This document shows, one piece after another, positions 1 through 9,723 of a DNA stretch of 28,553 bases. Below the pieces are notes generated by a model. The model was not told the origin of the DNA. It worked only from the letters and a program-made list of their open reading frames with translations, and ran no database searches. The first letter of the stretch is position 1, and each line of letters starts with the position of its first letter. A program made the position numbers and the translations under genes. Location of the stretch: positions 1-28,553 of IMG/VR virus record IMGVR_UViG_3300043446_001720, one strand, 5' to 3'. The stretch comes from a virus. Lineage: Duplodnaviria > Caudoviricetes.

Positions 1-1
1 T

Positions 2-3000
2 AACCTTATCCCAGTTCTTATACTTGTCTGATCCCTTTTCAATGTAGCCTAGTTTTACAGCTATGTCTTTTGTAATCTTTTTAGGAATCTTGTTGTACAT
101 TGTAAGCTTAGAGAATGCTTTGTCTGGGTCTTTTAATGCAGTAGCAATATCTACCTTGACACCGTGCTTATCTGCCCATTCCAGATATTTTAGCATTTTT
201 CCACTTGTGCTCTTGCCACCCTTGTCTGTCATTGCTAAAACTGCATTGATAGTTGTTGGCTTTGCACCTTTTGCAATAAGTTGTTGCATTAGAGCATTTG
301 TTTGTCCTGGAGCAGTTTTAAATGCTGCATTAAATGTTTTTGTCAAAGTTTTATTTGACTGATTGTCGGTCATGTATTTGACAATTGTCGGATCTAGAGA
401 TCCTGAAGCCAAGCCAACTTGAAGATTTATCTTTAAGTCATTCTGAGGCATTTGTGTTAGGCTCTTGTTTAGGTCATCGTACATTTTAGCCAGTGTTGGC
501 TCAGCCTTCTTCATAGCAGCAATATTACTATCAATTACTGAATTGAATATGTCTGCGTTTCCCTTTGCCAACCCCTGGAGTTTTCCTGTTGTATCTGCAT
601 TTGTACTTTGAATAGTATCTATATGATCTTGAGCATCCTTGGTAAGATTTCCATTTTTGTCGTATGACTTTTTATCAGCCTTAATGGAATCAATCATTTG
701 TTGGTTAGTTTGTAATGACTGAATACCGTATTGTGTTGCAGCAGCTGCCTTTTTGGTATCGGTTACCTGTATCGCACTTGTTCCACCCAACTCGTCAGTT
801 GTCACATATTGTGTTGAAACTATTTGATTCATAGTGTTCTTAAAGTTGTCTTGCGCATTCTTAGATATTTGCACTGCTACATCTAGAGGTTTTGCATTTG
901 GACCAACGACATTTGCCCCACCTGGACCAATAAGGGTATCTAGGCTACCAGTTATTGATGTGGTAAGTTTTAGATCTTTAAACTCAGCACCGAGGGCTGC
1001 TGCAAACGACTTAGCCTGATCTGCAGTAAGAACACCTTCCATAACAGCAGTTCCAAGACTGCTAGCCATATTTTTACCAATTTCTTCTTGAGACATACCA
1101 TTAGCTTGCATTGTTTTAACATCTGCAATTGTGGATTTTCCAAAACTACTTCCTAGAAGTTTTTTACCTATTGAAGTATCTTTGACTCCTACTGCTGCAT
1201 TGTATGCATCTGATCTAGTTCTTGCTGCTGCTTCGGTTGCACTAACAGTTTTTGTAATCTTGCTTAGGGCAATAAGCTTATCTGTAGTCATGGCGGTTGC
1301 TTTCGCCATGTTTATTCCAGCTTTACGCTGTTTATTTTGCTCTTCATTATATGCATTAAATGCCCAAATACCTCCAGCAATAATTGCAACTAAGCCTATT
1401 AATCCTGCTGTTACTGCAATGATTGGTATTTCTAGCAATGCTAATGCTCCGTCTAGAGTTACAACTTCTGCCACCTCAACACCTGTAGCTGCATCAAGGG
1501 CAACGGTTTCTCCTACCAAAACGCCCTGTGCTGCGTCTAGTGCTGTTACCTCCGCTACCTGTGCTCCCTCAGCTACGGCAAGAGCTGACTCTTCCGCAAC
1601 TCTGGTTGCATCAACCTCAGTTTGTGCTATGGTTGCTGCTGTATTGGCTTCTTCTGCAGCAGTTTTTGCTTCTACTGCACCTGTTGCTGCAGCCTGAGCA
1701 CCTGCAGCTGCCTTTTGACCTGCTGCAAGTTCCGCTGCTGCTACTTCGGCTAACTTTGACTTGTTTGCAAACAACACCATTCTGGTAGCCATTGATCTGA
1801 CGCCATTAATGAATGGATTTATCATAGGGATTAGCATGCTTGCCATCATGATGTTCATCATGTTTTTGTTTACAAACTTACCTACTGCCCCCTTGTCCTG
1901 ACTCAACATCATAGGAGCCATCATAAGACCCATTGATATTCCGCCGAGACCCTTGATGTTTGTCTTAGTTTGGTTTACGCCCATACGAGCAGCATCTACC
2001 CTAGCAGTTGCATTAGCTGCAATAGCTCTTTGCTCTTCTGTTGCAATACCTTTTCGCTGTGCTGCTTCCAGTTCTCTAGTAGCTACGGCAGCTTCTTTTT
2101 GTGCTCTCTGGAATTCAATTAGTGCTGCTGCAGCTGGTCTTCCCGAATTCATTAAATCAGTAAACTTATTTCCAATGAATGTAAACATTTGAGATGCTGC
2201 AGCATTTACTTTACTTGCTCCAGCTTGTCCGATTGTTCCAATTTCTGCAAGCTTATTAGATATTTGCTGGAATACAGTTGGTGCCTGCAGCATTGTCTTT
2301 AGCTCTACAATTCTAGCTTCAGTTAATTTCTGTTCTGCCGAAATAAGTTGAACCAGTTGCTTATCTTCTTCTGTCATCAAACGAGTTTTTTCAACTGTTT
2401 GCATGATTGTTGCTTTTTGAGTTTTTGCCAAAGCCATTTGTGCTGCTAGCTGTGATTCAAGATTACCTCTGAGTCCAAGAGCATTAGCGGCACCGACAAC
2501 TCCAGATTTTGCACCAGAAATTGCTCCAGTGGTAGCACTGACTGCCCTGGCTCCTATGCCAGAAATAGCAGACCCTATAGATTTAATTTTTGCAGTAAAG
2601 CTTCCCCAGATACCCTGCTGTTGTGCAACTGCTTGCTGTGCTATTCCAGCCTTTACTGCTGATAGACTACCCTTTGTTAAGATAGCTCCAAAGTCACCCA
2701 TGGCTACTTGGAACTGAGCAATTCTGTTTGTAACATTAAAAGCTTTTCCGACACGAAGCATTTCTGCTTCAATATCAACGGCACCAGCCTTCATAGCCTT
2801 TGTTCCACCTAGGAAATCTTCTTTGATCCATTCCCATTCGGTTAGGAAGTTACCCCTGGCAACAGTCATAATAGCTTTTAGTTGTTGGAATGCTTGTCCC
2901 ATTGCTGATGACTCAGGAACTACCGCAGAGAAAGCTTTCTTTAAATTACCCTCAATAAAAACAGCATCGCTAGTAATCTGTCCCTTAGCGGCAGAAAGTG

Positions 3001-6000
3001 TTGCCTTCATAGGATTGATTATTGCTGCCCATTCTTCTTTTAGCCATGCACCCTCACGAGCCAAGTTTGCTTTTGCATTTTGTAGAGCTGTAGGGGGCAC
3101 TGGTGTAGATACAACAGCATTTGATCTATTAATGTTTGCAGCAGTTAATGCAGTAGATCCAGCACCAAAGAATTGTGGCATTGACTTTTTAACTAGTGGC
3201 TGCTTTGAAGCCTCTACCATTGGCTTAATAAATGCTGATCCAAGTGCTTTTCCTGCAGCATCTGCTTGAGGTTTTGCTTCTTTTACTGGAAGCATTATTC
3301 CATCAACAATATTTTTGCCACTAAGCTCTGCACCCAGTTTAGAAGGCGATGCACTTCTTGAGTTTTTGTCTACAGATTTTACAACTCCAGAGGTTACTGC
3401 TTTTGAAGATTCAGTTCCAATGTTTTGACCAACTACTTCCAGCTCGGCTTTAGCAGCTGCTGCAAGGTGAGTTGATGCCTCTGCCCTTCTTGCTGGATCG
3501 GCAGTAAACATCTTTGATTTTGATCCACCTTCTCGTGAGTCTCTTGGTGAGGCATGTGCAACATCAAGGGCAGAAGTTAGTCCGCCACCTATCTGTTCAC
3601 GTCTTGCCTGGTTGTATGCACCTTGTACAGAAATTGCTCCTGGTCCATAAGCTTTGGCTTGTGCTTCCGAATCAAAAATTTTATTTGCTCCAGATGTGGA
3701 GATTAGCTGTTTTATTCTTGCATCAAATACAGAAATATCTCCAGAAAGTTTTTCTATATTTCCGCCACCTGCACGTACCGAATCATTCCACTTTTGAACT
3801 CCAGCAGTATCATATGCCTTTAAGAACTCTTTTGGATTTGCACCACCCTGTGCAAGTTGTCTGTTTAGATCAATTGGAATACCAGACATTCCCAGTTGTG
3901 ATTTTGCAATTACTTTCTGTCCAGTTATTGCACTCTGATAACTTGTACCGCCACCAACATGTGCAAAAGATTCCTGCTGCTTATCTCCTACACCAACTCC
4001 AGTTGATGTTTTTTGCATGGCTTTTAGCTGTGTTCCAGTTTTTGCTATTTGCACATTTTGTTCTAATGCAGCTACCCACTTATTTAGTTCAGCCTCTCCC
4101 ATTTTTGCTGCAGTATTCATGTTTCTGAACATACCACTAGCTGTACTTGTTGTAACACCAAATTCAGCTAAAATATTAACTACTTTTTGAACCTGTGTGC
4201 CAAATCCAGCAGCTTCCATTTTTGCAGCATTTGTTGGGATACTTGCATAATTTTTATTTGGATTTCCAATATCTGCAGCATATCCTGCTGGAAGTATTAC
4301 TCCTCCAGGCTGTCCTCCTCCAGATAGGTTTGGAATTCTTATCTTTTTACCGCCAAGAAGTGCCTTTACAATTCCAGGATTTTTCTTTACGGTTGCTACA
4401 GAAAGAACAACCTCACCATTAGAAAGATTGGTTGGAACTGCATCATCAGTTGGACCACCTGGACCCTGAACAACTCCACCAGTAGCATATCCCTTTGGCA
4501 TTGGTCCCATAGGACCTCTAGGAATTAGATTTGTTGCAGCATAAGCTTCTTGAATAGCTATTGCTCTTTGGTATTCAGAAACAAGCAGTGAAAGGTTTTC
4601 TCTTTCTGTTGAGAATGCCTGTGCTAGATTTACGTGTGCTTGCTCAAGAGATACGGCAGCTGCCTTAGCATCTATCTGCTCTTTGGTCATGTAGTGAGTT
4701 GTTTCACCTAGAACTCTACTTTCAGTTTGAGTTCTATTAATAAAGCTTTTAACATTTGCAAAAAGCTTAATTATGTTTGCTACACCGTTTGCTAGTAGAC
4801 CGATAGCCATTAGGACTACTGGACCAATTCCAGCTACCCACATTGTTAGATTTGAGAAGAATCCACCAGAATTTTTGTTAAGATCATTAAATCCTTTTAT
4901 AAATGTTGTTAAGAATTTTGTTAGTGGAATAACAGCTGTCATAAACTGTTCGCCGAGTGGAACTAGCGATGTCTTAAGTTCCTGCTGAGCCTTTTTAAAC
5001 TTATTCATTGGTGAATTAGCTACACGGTTTAACTCTCGCTCAGAAAGAATTGAAAGTTCTGCCTTTGACTTATTGGCAATATTTAAAATCTGTGCAGCTT
5101 GACTATTTGGATCTGCTACGTTTTGTAGCAATGCTGACATTCTTGAGAATTGGAATTTACCAAATAGTTTCTCAATTGCTCTAGCACGATTGAGTGGGTC
5201 AAGTTTGTCAAGAGCAGTAGCAACATCAAGAACTGTTTGTTTTAGATTACCTTTATCCTTATTGACAATTCCAGTAATGTTGATTCCAAGTGTTCCGAGG
5301 AAGTCAGAGGCTGCCTTGCTTGGATTAATTAAAGATGCAAGACCAGACTTTAGTGCGTTAGCACCCTGACTAGCACTAATACCGCCTTCACGCATAGCTG
5401 TCATGAAGAATGTTAAGTCTTTGACATCTCCACCGAGCTGTTTAACTACTGGACCAGCTTTAGGAATTGCTTCAGTAACATCCTGAATAGATAGGATAGT
5501 TTGATTTTGAGCGTAGTTTAGGAAGTCAACATTTGTTGCAAGGTCTTTAGTAGAAACTCCAAAAGCGTTTGTTAATGCTACAGTTGTTTGCATTGCATCT
5601 GCTGTTGATACCCCACCAAGTGCGACGAGTCTTTGAGTTTCTGCTACTTGCTGAAGAAGATCATTTCCAGTTTTACCCATTGCTGCAATCTGGGATGCAA
5701 GATCCATTGTGTCAGATACCGCAATACCAAATTTTGTAAATTCGTGACCAAGCTTTGTAATACTTGCTGTTATTTGTCTGGTTTCTGCTTCTGTAGTATT
5801 TAAGTCACCGTATACACGTCTCAATTTTAGAGAAGCAGTTTCCATTTGAGTATATGCTTTAGTTGCAGCTGATGCAACCATTAGCAATGGAATAGAAAAA
5901 CCAACCATGAGCTGACGACCAGCCCACTGAGTGTTCTTACCAAAGTTTAAAAGATTGGTAGATCCTTGGTGAAGAAGTTGATTTAAAAGTTGTTGTTTCT

Positions 6001-6487
6001 GAGCAGCAAGAGCAGTTCTTGTTGCCAGATCATTCATATCAAGGGATAACGGTCTTACCTTGATAGCCTGTAGTGCACCATTTGCATCACGCCCCATTTT
6101 AATGTATTGGGACTGCAGACTCTTAACTCGTGATTCTGCTACCTGATTGATAGTTGCAAATTCAGAAGCAAATAGCTTTCCAAAACTTTTAGATGCTCCA
6201 CCAGCATATCTAAAATACTCTCCCATAGAGAGTTTATTTTTTTCAAGTGCTGTGGTAAAAGCTTCTGTGGAACTTTTTACAGTGACCATGCTGGCTGCAA
6301 ATTTGCCAGATGCATTTATCCCATTTAAGAGATTTTGCTGCATATTTGATGATACAGCAGCAGGTGCAGCACCTGCTTTTGACATTTGTGTATGAAAAGC
6401 TGAAATCTGATTCTGAAGAAGTCTGAGACTAGCTACCGCACTGGTAGTGTCTACATTGACCCTTATATTGGATTGGACTTCAGCCAT
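2..6487 (-). CDS. Tail tape measure protein, partial (>2160 aa, 3' end beyond window)
   Basis: Not in the ORF track because there is no stop in the window. ATG at 6487 after AAGGCGGTG gives MAEVQSNIRVNVDTT...; the frame was open wherever spot-checked and still reads at the left edge (...LGYIEKGSDKYKNWDKV). It has a PhageMin_Tail-like core (DFLNYAQNQTILSIQDVTEAIPKAGPVVKQLGGD...GANALKSGLASLINPSKAA), a GYATGGVVQGPGGPTDDAVP..LSNGEVV motif, Ala-rich helical tracts and hydrophobic segments. It lies downstream of the major tail and chaperone genes. Confidence 0.93.
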   Translation of the reverse strand, partial: MAEVQSNIRVNVDTTSAVASLRLLQNQISAFHTQMSKAGAAPAAVSSNMQQNLLNGINASGKFAASMVTVKSSTEAFTTALEKNKLSMGEYFRYAGGASKSFGKLFASEFATINQVAESRVKSLQSQYIKMGRDANGALQAIKVRPLSLDMNDLATRTALAAQKQQLLNQLLHQGSTNLLNFGKNTQWAGRQLMVGFSIPLLMVASAATKAYTQMETASLKLRRVYGDLNTTEAETRQITASITKLGHEFTKFGIAVSDTMDLASQIAAMGKTGNDLLQQVAETQRLVALGGVSTADAMQTTVALTNAFGVSTKDLATNVDFLNYAQNQTILSIQDVTEAIPKAGPVVKQLGGDVKDLTFFMTAMREGGISASQGANALKSGLASLINPSKAASDFLGTLGINITGIVNKDKGNLKQTVLDVATALDKLDPLNRARAIEKLFGKFQFSRMSALLQNVADPNSQAAQILNIANKSKAELSILSERELNRVANSPMNKFKKAQQELKTSLVPLGEQFMTAVIPLTKFLTTFIKGFNDLNKNSGGFFSNLTMWVAGIGPVVLMAIGLLANGVANIIKLFANVKSFINRTQTESRVLGETTHYMTKEQIDAKAAAVSLEQAHVNLAQAFSTERENLSLLVSEYQRAIAIQEAYAATNLIPRGPMGPMPKGYATGGVVQGPGGPTDDAVPTNLSNGEVVLSVATVKKNPGIVKALLGGKKIRIPNLSGGGQPGGVILPAGYAADIGNPNKNYASIPTNAAKMEAAGFGTQVQKVVNILAEFGVTTSTASGMFRNMNTAAKMGEAELNKWVAALEQNVQIAKTGTQLKAMQKTSTGVGVGDKQQESFAHVGGGTSYQSAITGQKVIAKSQLGMSGIPIDLNRQLAQGGANPKEFLKAYDTAGVQKWNDSVRAGGGNIEKLSGDISVFDARIKQLISTSGANKIFDSEAQAKAYGPGAISVQGAYNQARREQIGGGLTSALDVAHASPRDSREGGSKSKMFTADPARRAEASTHLAAAAKAELEVVGQNIGTESSKAVTSGVVKSVDKNSRSASPSKLGAELSGKNIVDGIMLPVKEAKPQADAAGKALGSAFIKPMVEASKQPLVKKSMPQFFGAGSTALTAANINRSNAVVSTPVPPTALQNAKANLAREGAWLKEEWAAIINPMKATLSAAKGQITSDAVFIEGNLKKAFSAVVPESSAMGQAFQQLKAIMTVARGNFLTEWEWIKEDFLGGTKAMKAGAVDIEAEMLRVGKAFNVTNRIAQFQVAMGDFGAILTKGSLSAVKAGIAQQAVAQQQGIWGSFTAKIKSIGSAISGIGARAVSATTGAISGAKSGVVGAANALGLRGNLESQLAAQMALAKTQKATIMQTVEKTRLMTEEDKQLVQLISAEQKLTEARIVELKTMLQAPTVFQQISNKLAEIGTIGQAGASKVNAAASQMFTFIGNKFTDLMNSGRPAAAALIEFQRAQKEAAVATRELEAAQRKGIATEEQRAIAANATARVDAARMGVNQTKTNIKGLGGISMGLMMAPMMLSQDKGAVGKFVNKNMMNIMMASMLIPMINPFINGVRSMATRMVLFANKSKLAEVAAAELAAGQKAAAGAQAAATGAVEAKTAAEEANTAATIAQTEVDATRVAEESALAVAEGAQVAEVTALDAAQGVLVGETVALDAATGVEVAEVVTLDGALALLEIPIIAVTAGLIGLVAIIAGGIWAFNAYNEEQNKQRKAGINMAKATAMTTDKLIALSKITKTVSATEAAARTRSDAYNAAVGVKDTSIGKKLLGSSFGKSTIADVKTMQANGMSQEEIGKNMASSLGTAVMEGVLTADQAKSFAAALGAEFKDLKLTTSITGSLDTLIGPGGANVVGPNAKPLDVAVQISKNAQDNFKNTMNQIVSTQYVTTDELGGTSAIQVTDTKKAAAATQYGIQSLQTNQQMIDSIKADKKSYDKNGNLTKDAQDHIDTIQSTNADTTGKLQGLAKGNADIFNSVIDSNIAAMKKAEPTLAKMYDDLNKSLTQMPQNDLKINLQVGLASGSLDPTIVKYMTDNQSNKTLTKTFNAAFKTAPGQTNALMQQLIAKGAKPTTINAVLAMTDKGGKSTSGKMLKYLEWADKHGVKVDIATALKDPDKAFSKLTMYNKIPKKITKDIAVKLGYIEKGSDKYKNWDKV

Positions 6488-6516
6488 TCATCCACACCGC
6501 CTTTTTATTTATAAAA

Positions 6517-6834
6517 TTAAACTGCTCCACCGAGAAGACTTGCATCCTGGAGTTTAATTCCTGATGCTTCTTCAACGATTTCGTAAACCAAAGGAAGGTC
6601 TAGAATTTCTTCTAGGTCTATCTTTGGATCAAGCTCTGGTGCATATTGTGCCAGAGCAATCTTGATACACTCCATGAGAATATCCATTGACTTATCATTG
6701 TTTTCTGCTACTGCAGCAATGCCCTCAAATGTAGTCATGAATTTACGCAGTAGAGAGATCTTAAGCGGTCTTGCTACGATCTCTGTTCCGTCTAATAGAC
6801 TGATCTTTTTGCCTTCATTGATTGTTAGAGCCAT
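6517..6834 (-). CDS. Tail assembly chaperone-like protein (short, G-like paralog, 105 aa)
   Basis: Start re-assigned to ATG 6834 (MALTINEGKK) after AAGGA; the longer track start overlaps the TGTTATAAT motif. Lies immediately before the tape measure gene; small, acidic, helical; paralogous to the N-terminus of 6890..7591. Confidence 0.7.
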   Translation of the reverse strand: MALTINEGKKISLLDGTEIVARPLKISLLRKFMTTFEGIAAVAENNDKSMDILMECIKIALAQYAPELDPKIDLEEILDLPLVYEIVEEASGIKLQDASLLGGAV

Positions 6835-6867
6835 TTTTTTTCCTTTTCCATTAATTGGGTTTATACA

Positions 6868-6876
6868 ATTATAACA
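6868..6876 (-). promoter_or_regulatory. Extended -10 promoter motif TGTTATAAT
   Basis: TGn-TATAAT in the intergenic gap upstream of the short chaperone and tape measure genes; same motif recurs in other gaps. Confidence 0.6.
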
Positions 6877-6889
6877 CAAGATAAAATTA

Positions 6890-7591
6890 TTAATCTATTC
6901 TTTCATAGTCTAGCCCCATACCAATTCCGAATCCAGCTTTTACCGCACTCTGTCCTTGCAGTGCTACGATATCGTTAGCATTGGCGGCATTCCCATTTCC
7001 GAATACTCGTGCTTTCATTTCTTCCCATTCATCTGTTTTGCCAGACTCTTTGTCCAAATCTACGCCCTGCAGTCCAGCCATGAATTTCTTATCATTATAA
7101 CTTAATTCTCTACTTGCTTGCAGGGTTGCGACTAACTCTGGCATGGATAGGCAAGTCTCAAGGTCTTCATAATCTTTCCATTTGCCAATCAAAAATACCT
7201 CTGACTCCAATTTTGCAAGATCAAGAGTTTCCCAAGTTGTTTCGCTTTTTGGTTTATTGTTTTTTGAACTAGGCTGATTAGCATTACTAGAACTCTCTTT
7301 GCTATCTTTTAATTTTACACCTGATGATACTTCGACTATCTTGTATAGAGTTTCAATATCTATAGAATCTTGAACGTCATCTATTGTTTTTATTGATGGA
7401 TAATATTGTTTCATTGCAATTGCAACACATTCTGATAACATGTCTATTGTTTCAGATTCGCTTTTTTGAACACCAGACTCTAAGAATTTTTGCATGAACT
7501 GTCTTAGATACTTTATCTTTAATGGTGTTATGTATAATTCTGTTCCATCGGTCAAATATACCGTCGCAGATTCATATATTTCTGTTGCCAT
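6890..7591 (-). CDS. Tail assembly chaperone-like protein (long, GT-like, 233 aa)
   Basis: Lies between major tail and tape measure genes. G-like N-terminal ~97 aa, an S/N/K-rich linker, then a second domain (WETLDLAKLESEVFLIGKWKDYEDLETCLSMPEL) that resembles T-type extensions. Confidence 0.7.
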   Translation of the reverse strand: MATEIYESATVYLTDGTELYITPLKIKYLRQFMQKFLESGVQKSESETIDMLSECVAIAMKQYYPSIKTIDDVQDSIDIETLYKIVEVSSGVKLKDSKESSSNANQPSSKNNKPKSETTWETLDLAKLESEVFLIGKWKDYEDLETCLSMPELVATLQASRELSYNDKKFMAGLQGVDLDKESGKTDEWEEMKARVFGNGNAANANDIVALQGQSAVKAGFGIGMGLDYERID

Positions 7592-7597
7592 CTATAT

Positions 7598-7606
7598 AGT
7601 ATATCA
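7598..7606 (-). promoter_or_regulatory. Extended -10 promoter motif TGATATACT, leaderless configuration
   Basis: TGATATACT-ATATAG-ATG: 6 nt between the hexamer and the ATG at 7591, with no Shine-Dalgarno. Confidence 0.6.
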
Positions 7607-7641
7607 AACACAAAACCGCCCAGTGTTTAAACTGGACGGTT
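7607..7641 (-). terminator. Intrinsic terminator after major tail gene
   Basis: Minus strand AACCGTCCAGT-TTAAAC-ACTGGGCGGTT-TTGTGTTT: 11-bp stem followed by a U-rich tail. Confidence 0.75.
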
Positions 7642-7667
7642 CTGCTATTAAGTTATATATTTAGTTA

Positions 7668-8309
7668 TTAAGCTGCTGGTACTGTACGGTCAACGATCTT
7701 ACCATAAGATGCGTTGTCGTTAGGTAGCAGACGGAATGAAACTGCAAACTCAGTTGCAGCGTCACGCTTTGCAGCTACAGATACGTTCTCAATTGATAAC
7801 GCACGGTATGCTACATAGATACGCTCTAGCTCTGAACCAATTGCACAGTCTCCTGTACCTGGACCGACAGCAACTAGACCACGCTCAACAGGACATTCTC
7901 CGATGTCACCTGCTGAAAGATTTAGGGCTGGGTTACCAGCACCCCATGAACCGCTTGCAACAGTTCCTAGGTCTGAATCTTTACCTGCAAGTGAGAATAG
8001 AAGGTTCTCCAGAGTTGCCTCTGCGAAAGTTGTCTTTAGGTTAACCTTCATACCCTGCTTGTAGAGCTTAGCTACGTCAAGAACCTGGTCAACCTTAACT
8101 TCACCGAAGTCAGGCTGGAACTCTAGGTCTAGACCGTTAGTAGTGTAACCAACGTTGCGGAAATCTGCATTGCTTGATAGGGTAGTCTTAAGAGAAGTAC
8201 CATCAACTAGTGCAGGAAGATCAGCGTCAGTTAGTTGACCCTGCTCGTATGTAAAAAGTGCAGCTGCACCAACAATGATGTTTGCACTTGAACCACGTGA
8301 ATATGCCAT
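7668..8309 (-). CDS. Major tail (tube) protein (213 aa)
   Basis: ATG at 8309 after AGAGGTG. Siphoviral tube-like motifs (NIIVGAAALF, VGYTTNGLDLEFQPDFGEVKVDQ, TTFAEATLENL, F.VSFRLLP); followed by a terminator and the chaperone genes. Confidence 0.85.
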   Translation of the reverse strand: MAYSRGSSANIIVGAAALFTYEQGQLTDADLPALVDGTSLKTTLSSNADFRNVGYTTNGLDLEFQPDFGEVKVDQVLDVAKLYKQGMKVNLKTTFAEATLENLLFSLAGKDSDLGTVASGSWGAGNPALNLSAGDIGECPVERGLVAVGPGTGDCAIGSELERIYVAYRALSIENVSVAAKRDAATEFAVSFRLLPNDNASYGKIVDRTVPAA

Positions 8310-8361
8310 ATTTTTCACCTCTTTTTCTTAGTAGAATAATTGGGCGTGTTTCCTCGTTATA

Positions 8362-8370
8362 AGTATAACA
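8362..8370 (-). promoter_or_regulatory. Extended -10 promoter motif TGTTATACT
   Basis: Intergenic, upstream of the major tail gene RBS. Confidence 0.6.
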
Positions 8371-8377
8371 GCGTTTT

Positions 8378-9052
8378 TTATTTATGCCAGTCGTAATCTA
8401 TAATCATCTTATTACCAGCAAATGTTCTAGCTGTGGCAAAATTAATAATATCTCTGGTTTCCTGTAACTGATATACCTTTATGTGGTGGAAATATGGCAA
8501 TAGGACATCTTTCCCCATGATTCTTGCTGTGGGAACCGTTCTTAAAGCTAGGACTGGATTGCCATCTTCATCAAGAATTGGGCTGCCATCCGAATTATAT
8601 GTTGGATCAAAAATCTGATTTCCAAAGGCATCTAGGACTGGCTCTGGTGTTCCTGGATACAGTTCCTGATATTTTCTAACCCAGGCATTAACTTCTTCTG
8701 CCGATTCATCTCCACGGTCAAGTAGGTCCTGAATCTCTTGAGTTACCTCTATAAGTTTTGAAACTGCTTCAGTGGTTAGAGAAAAAAAGTAATAAAGTAG
8801 TTGCTCCGATTTAATGTGTGGAAAAGGAAGTCTACGCATTTTAAACATGCGATCATAAATTGCTGCTGCCCCATTAAAATAATACTTAACTGTTGGACCG
8901 TCTCCAACTAATTGTGACATCGTGAATCCGTCAGTTGCTGCAGATAAATCTGTTGGCATTGTTGGAAACATGGGCACAGCAAATTCATGACTCTGCATAA
9001 TCTTGTCTTGAAGGTATGCATTTATAAAACTTGGTGGATGATGAATTGCCAT
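8378..9052 (-). CDS. Putative tail terminator / tail completion protein (224 aa)
   Basis: Start likely ATG 9052 (MAIHHPP), in TAATG overlap with the upstream stop. Function is inferred from its position just before the major tail gene. Confidence 0.5.
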   Translation of the reverse strand: MAIHHPPSFINAYLQDKIMQSHEFAVPMFPTMPTDLSAATDGFTMSQLVGDGPTVKYYFNGAAAIYDRMFKMRRLPFPHIKSEQLLYYFFSLTTEAVSKLIEVTQEIQDLLDRGDESAEEVNAWVRKYQELYPGTPEPVLDAFGNQIFDPTYNSDGSPILDEDGNPVLALRTVPTARIMGKDVLLPYFHHIKVYQLQETRDIINFATARTFAGNKMIIDYDWHK

Positions 9053-9723
9053 TATAGGGATACTCCTGCTTCTATTATCCAATTATACCCTGTTTTAAGT
9101 CCTGTTTGATATCCAGATTTTATTCCGTTATAAAAATTTTTAGAATATTCTGTTGGCGTAGATAGATATGCTCCCAACCCAGTTTGTTGCAGAAATGCTT
9201 GAGAAAAATAACTTTCAAAAAACAATCTAAAAGTTTTTTCATATTCCCCTATGACTTCCTGACCACCTGGATTTTCTACGTAAATATCCTGTTTTGTAAA
9301 AACTTCTTGTCCGTTATCGTCAAACACTAAAACATCAGAAGTTTTTGTCCTAATTGTAACTGGGGTTCCATTTTCCATTATTGTCGCTTTGTCAAAAAAT
9401 GGTACTTTGGAACCCTCTTTAATAGTTTTTGATTGAGTAAAGGTAGATCCAAACTCTATCATTGATCCAGATGCTATTGAACTTATTTCAAACAATCTTG
9501 CATCTGCATTTCCTGTTTGGTACCACTCATACACATGATGCAATGCTGCTGGATTCATTCTTGCATTAGAGTCTATAAAGTGTCCCAGAATAACCGAAAC
9601 TCTTTTACCAACTAACTCCAGGAATTTATCTCTTCCCATCCTAATTCCATCAATATATCCTAGGGAGTATTGAACTAAATTATTCATGTCCTTTATAAAG
9701 GCTCTGTCATCAAACCTTATCAT
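9052..9723 (-). CDS. Putative neck / tail completion protein (HK97 gp10-like position)
   Basis: 223-aa ORF with ATGA overlap with the upstream gene, in the head-tail joining block. Function is from synteny only. Confidence 0.45.
   Translation of the reverse strand: MIRFDDRAFIKDMNNLVQYSLGYIDGIRMGRDKFLELVGKRVSVILGHFIDSNARMNPAALHHVYEWYQTGNADARLFEISSIASGSMIEFGSTFTQSKTIKEGSKVPFFDKATIMENGTPVTIRTKTSDVLVFDDNGQEVFTKQDIYVENPGGQEVIGEYEKTFRLFFESYFSQAFLQQTGLGAYLSTPTEYSKNFYNGIKSGYQTGLKTGYNWIIEAGVSL

Noticed and set aside
63-6395. Many plus-strand ORFs (e.g. 1131..1697, 3514..4128)
   Set aside because: Antisense shadows of the Ala-rich tape measure frame, with no recognisable motifs and opposite to the uniform gene orientation.
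6890-7591. Programmed -1 frameshift in the chaperone region
   Set aside because: The long ORF is already continuous in one frame, and the short ORF is a separate paralog with its own promoter motif and start.
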